Source: Promethearchaeota archaeon
Lineage (GTDB): Archaea > Asgardarchaeota > Lokiarchaeia > Sigyniarchaeales > SOKP01
Reading direction: 5' to 3'
NCBI GenBank assembly: GCA_019057865.1
Contig: JAHLWP010000064.1
Location: forward strand, 1-13,225
Length of the DNA stretch: 13,225 nucleotides
Shown here: piece by piece, positions 9,487 through 13,225 of the stretch
Numbering within the stretch: the first letter of the stretch is position 1
Layout of the letters: each line of letters starts with the position of its first letter
Notes under the pieces: model-generated
What the model saw: only the letters and a program-made list of their open reading frames with translations
Databases searched by the model: none
Told to the model about the DNA's origin: nothing
Translations under genes and position numbers: made by a program

Positions 9487-9715
9487 CTTAAAGATTTTAT
9501 TCGTTCAATATTAATTTATTTTCGTTAAATCTTAATTTAAATTTTCTTAACTTGTAATAAATAATAAAATTAAATGATATGAATTTTATTCAATGATTTT
9601 TTATAAAGTTAATTTCTGTAATATTTTGTAAAGTTTAATATAAAAATTATCAATAAAGAGATTAAAAAAATAATAGACATATTTGAAATATTAATTCATT
9701 AATCATATATAAAAA

Positions 9716-10021
9716 TTAACGAGCTGAGACACCGTCCCAAGCTTTAACATCAGGATCCTCGGCTCCGCATGCAGGGCATTTTTGATTAACCTCCCATGCT
9801 TCTAAGGCCGGATGAACTCGAGTGAATAAACCACCACATTGTTTACATACCAAATATTTTGCGCCACAACCATCGCACATTTTTAACTGCCCTGTTTCTA
9901 CAAATCTAAATGCTCGTATGATGTTTTAGGTCGAAAAGTCCTAAAAATTCATCCATTCATCATTAGCTATTCTAAAGCTTTCCCCTCTACACACAACACA
10001 GTGTTTGCCATCATCTTCCAG
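9716..10021 (-). CDS. Small double zinc-ribbon protein (4 x CxxC), 91 aa after removing a 30-nt intron; exons 10021-9948 and 9917-9716; absent from the ORF track
   Basis: Manual translation in one frame: (CTG)EDDGKHCVVCRGESFRIANDEWM-NF*DFST*NII-RAFRFVETGQLKMCDGCGAKYLVCKQCGGLFTRVHPALEAWEVNQKCPACGAEDPDVKAWDGVSAR*. The segment is visibly GC-richer than its flanks, and an SD-like GAAGGTG lies 7 nt before the CTG. The start codon is uncertain. Confidence 0.8.
9918..9947 (-). other. Candidate 30-nt bulge-helix-bulge (BHB, tRNA-type) intron in an mRNA
   Basis: RNA 5'-UG GAUG AA^U UUUUAGG acuuuucga CCUAAAA CAUC AU^A CG-3'. It has a 4-bp central helix (GAUG/CAUC), two 3-nt bulges, a 7-bp intron stem and a 2-bp exon helix (G-C, U.G). 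Cutting after the 2nd nt of each bulge removes both stops and keeps the frame (AUG AAA CGA = M-K-R). Confidence 0.8.
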
Positions 10022-10163
10022 AAAAATACACCTTCTTATAGTTTTTTTTTAAATATTTTTAAAATGATTTATAATTATATAACATCTTACCTACTATTAA
10101 GCATTTCTAATTAAATACCAACAACTAATTATTCAAATTATTAAAAAAATATTAAATATAAAA

Positions 10164-13100
10164 TTAGCCGAATTTACCTAAAAACTTTTTCTGATGCCAA
10201 TAACCACTATTTGGTCTATGAAGATTTAATTTATCACAATACTTTGCTAGTGTCCTATCAGACATCTCCACCCCTGATTCTAGAGAAATTATCTCCGTTA
10301 TTTTATATAGTGGCATCTCCCATAATAATTTACTTAGTCTTTCGACAGTGTAAAAAATTTCACCTATTTGAATTCCTAAATTATCTATCACTTCTGCTTT
10401 TACATTTACTCTAAGATAAATTCTTTTTCTTAATAAACTATCATCATAATTATCTAACATTTCATTTAGTAAACTAGCCCCTAAAGTTAAAGTCGATCTT
10501 CTATAATCAATGCTATATTTTATATTGAATTTATTTTTGATCTGACTAAGGAATTTTATTGAACCTGAAGTAATTCTAGATGTACCTTGATGACCATCAC
10601 CGTCAAAATAACCTAATAAAAATGCCAAATAAAATTCCCGGTTGTCTAACTTAGGAAGTGTAATTTTTGTAGATTTTGTTTCACCTGGAATCATTCCAAG
10701 ATTTACTAAATAATTACAAAACTCTTCACTTTGAAAACGGAGTACATACGAATTATGCTCCTTATTATAAAATATATAATCTTCATTAAATTTCAAACCT
10801 TTAGCAAATTTATAAAGCAATCTCTTGTCTTTTCTACCAAGTTCTATAGCAAACCTCTTACCATTTACTTCTATAAAACCATCAGCGAATATAAATCCAA
10901 GCCAATATGCTTTTTCTTTAGTATTAATTTTCTTAAAATAATCTAAAATTAGATTTGGGTGGTGAGAATGTATTCTTTTTAATGATTTTCTTACGACATT
11001 TAAATTATCATATTTTACTATAAAAGTAATAGCATTTATAACCTTTTCACCAAACCTAGACTCCAAACTCTCTTTATAATGATCAAGTAAATCCAAAGCA
11101 AGCTGATAAACTTCCCCCTTTAATTTATATTTCCTTATTTGAGATTTGATATAATTTATATGATTTTCTGATTTACCTAATAAAGTACCAAGTATACTAT
11201 CACTTAAACCTCCTCTAGCAAGTATTTCATGTGGAACTATTTTCTCTAACTCTCTCTTTAAGTTCTCAAACAGCTCCAAAATTGTAAAAGTATTTACAGC
11301 CTCCGATTCTTCATTATTAGGGGATCTTACAGGAGTCTCACCTTTCAAATTAAAACTCTCACCTTTAGACACTTTATTAATGTTTTCAAAATATTGCTTT
11401 ATCATTAATCTTTTAACACCTCGATCAAAATCCCAGCCCCATCTTATGTAATTTTTAGTATGGTGTTTAAAAGATTCACCAAAAATTTCGATTAATTGTT
11501 CAGTATCGAGTTTACTTAAGATAGATATGAGTTTTTCTCTTTCTTCATGAGAGATATCTGCCTTATTGATGATTTTGGAAATTAATTCTTTATCATTTGC
11601 ATTCAAATCCTTTATTAATTCCACATTTTCTTTTATAAATGCCTTCCAATTATAGTTAAGAAAAGTGTTTTCATCATTAGTTGTTTCTTTTAATCTTCTT
11701 AATTTTTGAGCAAGGTGCTTTACAAATCTTATTTTCTGTTCAGTAATGCGATCTTTAGACCAAATAACATTCTTATTATAGAATACTTTAAATCTTTCAA
11801 AAGTAACAAATAGTTCTTCCAGATATTCTGTTAATTCATTAACTTTATCTATCAATTTCTCAATCTTAATAATTTCATCTTCAGTGTGATTAGGTTTTGC
11901 TAGTAAATCCATCAGTAGTTTTTCGAGTTTTCTAACACTTCGATATTTCCTGATTTTTTCAATCAATTCATCTTTAATTTCCTTTGAGATTTCATTCTCA
12001 TCAGCGTCATTTATCCATTTTTCTAATAGAATTTCCCAATCTTCTTTGAATTCCTCATGCTCTTTCTTTTCTTGATTTTCTTTTTCGGATTCCTGCTGTT
12101 CCTTTAACCACTTTTCAAAACTTTTAGTAATCCTTCCTGCATATATAGGTCGTTTTCCTGTTTGTTCTTTAAATTTTTCTTTAAGTTCCTTCGAAATTTC
12201 TTGCGTTTTTTCATTTTGAGTGCTTGAGTTTATCTCTTCTTCTTTTTTGATCTCTGCTTTAACTTCATTGGTTTCTTCTCTTTTGATAAAATCTTTTTCT
12301 TCGGTTTCTCTTGATTCCTTATTAATCTTCTCATTTGCTTCTTTCTCGTCTTTTTGACTCTTTAATTCTGGTTTCGATTCTTGATTTTCTCTTTTTATTT
12401 CTTGTGATTTTTGAATATCCTGCGATTTCTCTTGGGCAGCTATTTCAGCAATAACGCTTTTTAGCCTTAAAAATTCAGGAGAAGAATATTCACTATTAGC
12501 ATAAACTAAAACCTCTTCATTTTCTTGATTTACTTCTTGTATTGGATTCTCTTGCTCTTCATCTTCTTCAAATTCAAATGTATCATCAGGAACTAGGATC
12601 GGATATATTGCCTCTCCTACTAAATCTTCTGGATCTGCCCAATCTCCATCTGGCCATTGATCTGACTCTAGATCAGGAGTTTCTATAGATTCTTGATCCT
12701 CATCCCTTGCAACTTCAAATGTATCATCCGGAAGAGGTATTTCATTCAATTCTTCTCCTGCTAAATCTTCTGGATTTACCCAATCTCCATCAGGCCACTG
12801 ATCTGATTCTTGTTCAGGAGATTCTATGGGCTCTTGATCTTGATCACTTGAAATATCAAATATATCATCAGGAACCGAGATCGGATATATTGCTTCTCCC
12901 GCCAAATCCTCAGGATCTGCCCAATCTCCATCTGACCATTGATCTGACTCTTGATCAGGAGTTTCTACAGGTTCCTGATCTGGTTCGCTTACTTGTTCAA
13001 ATGTATCATCTGGTACTGGAATCTCTGGTATCTCTTGTCCAGCTAGATCGTCGGGATCTGCCCAATCCCCATCAGGCCATTGATCAGGCTCTTGTTCTTG

Positions 13101-13225
13101 ATCACCTGGAAATTCAAAGGTATCATCTGGAAGTGGGATCTCTGGGATTTCTTGACCTGCTAGATCATCAGGATCTGCCCAATCCCCATCAGGCCATTGA
13201 TCAGGCTCTTGTTCTTGATCACCTG
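10164..13225 (-). CDS. Giant multidomain protein (>1000 aa, 5'-truncated by the window): acidic Trp/Pro/Asp tandem repeats, charged helical region, C-terminal LAGLIDADG endonuclease-like domain and terminal HTH-like domain
   Basis: The frame stays open from 12905 to the window end, so the track 'start' TTG is an internal Leu of a repeat. Two LAGLIDADG motifs: KAYWLGFIFADG (10878-10913) and LAFLLGYFDGDG (10593-10628). Terminal LWEMPLYKI...SDRTLAKYCDKLNLHRPNSGYW. Confidence 0.85.
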   Translation of the reverse strand, partial: GDQEQEPDQWPDGDWADPDDLAGQEIPEIPLPDDTFEFPGDQEQEPDQWPDGDWADPDDLAGQEIPEIPVPDDTFEQVSEPDQEPVETPDQESDQWSDGDWADPEDLAGEAIYPISVPDDIFDISSDQDQEPIESPEQESDQWPDGDWVNPEDLAGEELNEIPLPDDTFEVARDEDQESIETPDLESDQWPDGDWADPEDLVGEAIYPILVPDDTFEFEEDEEQENPIQEVNQENEEVLVYANSEYSSPEFLRLKSVIAEIAAQEKSQDIQKSQEIKRENQESKPELKSQKDEKEANEKINKESRETEEKDFIKREETNEVKAEIKKEEEINSSTQNEKTQEISKELKEKFKEQTGKRPIYAGRITKSFEKWLKEQQESEKENQEKKEHEEFKEDWEILLEKWINDADENEISKEIKDELIEKIRKYRSVRKLEKLLMDLLAKPNHTEDEIIKIEKLIDKVNELTEYLEELFVTFERFKVFYNKNVIWSKDRITEQKIRFVKHLAQKLRRLKETTNDENTFLNYNWKAFIKENVELIKDLNANDKELISKIINKADISHEEREKLISILSKLDTEQLIEIFGESFKHHTKNYIRWGWDFDRGVKRLMIKQYFENINKVSKGESFNLKGETPVRSPNNEESEAVNTFTILELFENLKRELEKIVPHEILARGGLSDSILGTLLGKSENHINYIKSQIRKYKLKGEVYQLALDLLDHYKESLESRFGEKVINAITFIVKYDNLNVVRKSLKRIHSHHPNLILDYFKKINTKEKAYWLGFIFADGFIEVNGKRFAIELGRKDKRLLYKFAKGLKFNEDYIFYNKEHNSYVLRFQSEEFCNYLVNLGMIPGETKSTKITLPKLDNREFYLAFLLGYFDGDGHQGTSRITSGSIKFLSQIKNKFNIKYSIDYRRSTLTLGASLLNEMLDNYDDSLLRKRIYLRVNVKAEVIDNLGIQIGEIFYTVERLSKLLWEMPLYKITEIISLESGVEMSDRTLAKYCDKLNLHRPNSGYWHQKKFLGKFG
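12570..13225 (-). repeat. Coding tandem repeat, at least 5 units of 39-47 aa, consensus DQWPDGDWADP(D/E)DLAG(E/Q)xIxxIP(L/V)PDDTFE
   Basis: The first Trp codon of each unit is at 13194, 13077, 12936, 12795 and 12654 (periods 117, 141, 141, 141 nt). 13171-13225 is an exact 55-nt copy of 13054-13108. Confidence 0.95.

Noticed and set aside
9918-9947. Stop-codon readthrough (pyrrolysine/selenocysteine) or a terminator as the explanation of the hairpin
   Set aside because: Both UAG and UAA are present and there is no UGA, so recoding cannot rescue the frame. A terminator would not explain the in-frame coding continuity on both sides or the exact BHB geometry.
9164-10946. ORFs 9164-9514(+), 10211-10414(+), 10731-10946(+)
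   Set aside because: Antisense shadows of the GNAT and LAGLIDADG genes.
10400-10960. Intein in the giant protein
   Set aside because: No Hint-domain blocks or terminal His-Asn/Cys-Ser-Thr junction are visible.
12903-12905. TTG start of the 913-aa ORF
   Set aside because: It is the Leu of a repeat unit (EDL-AGE), and the frame remains open to the window edge.
12570-13225. CRISPR array
   Set aside because: Units are 117-141 nt, multiples of 3, degenerate at synonymous sites and lie in an open reading frame. There are no unique spacers and no cas genes.

Overview
AT-rich archaeal window, probably Asgard/Lokiarchaeia-like. This is inferred from the three-gene RFC clamp-loader cluster and the gene content, and was not verified by search. 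From left to right it holds an MFS transporter, peptidase T, a divergent crotonase-family protein, a frameshifted acyltransferase-3 gene, a probable ECF-type S component and a minus-strand operon GNAT-rfcS-rfcS(divergent)-rfcL. It ends with the 3' part of a giant protein that has acidic Trp-containing tandem repeats and a C-terminal LAGLIDADG plus HTH-like module. The main discovery is a gene missing from the ORF track at 9716-10021 (-), a four-CxxC zinc-ribbon gene. Its frame is broken by two stops inside a 30-nt segment (9918-9947) that folds into a canonical bulge-helix-bulge (BHB) motif. Cutting at the standard BHB positions removes both stops and gives a continuous 91-aa protein. This makes it a candidate tRNA-type intron in an mRNA.
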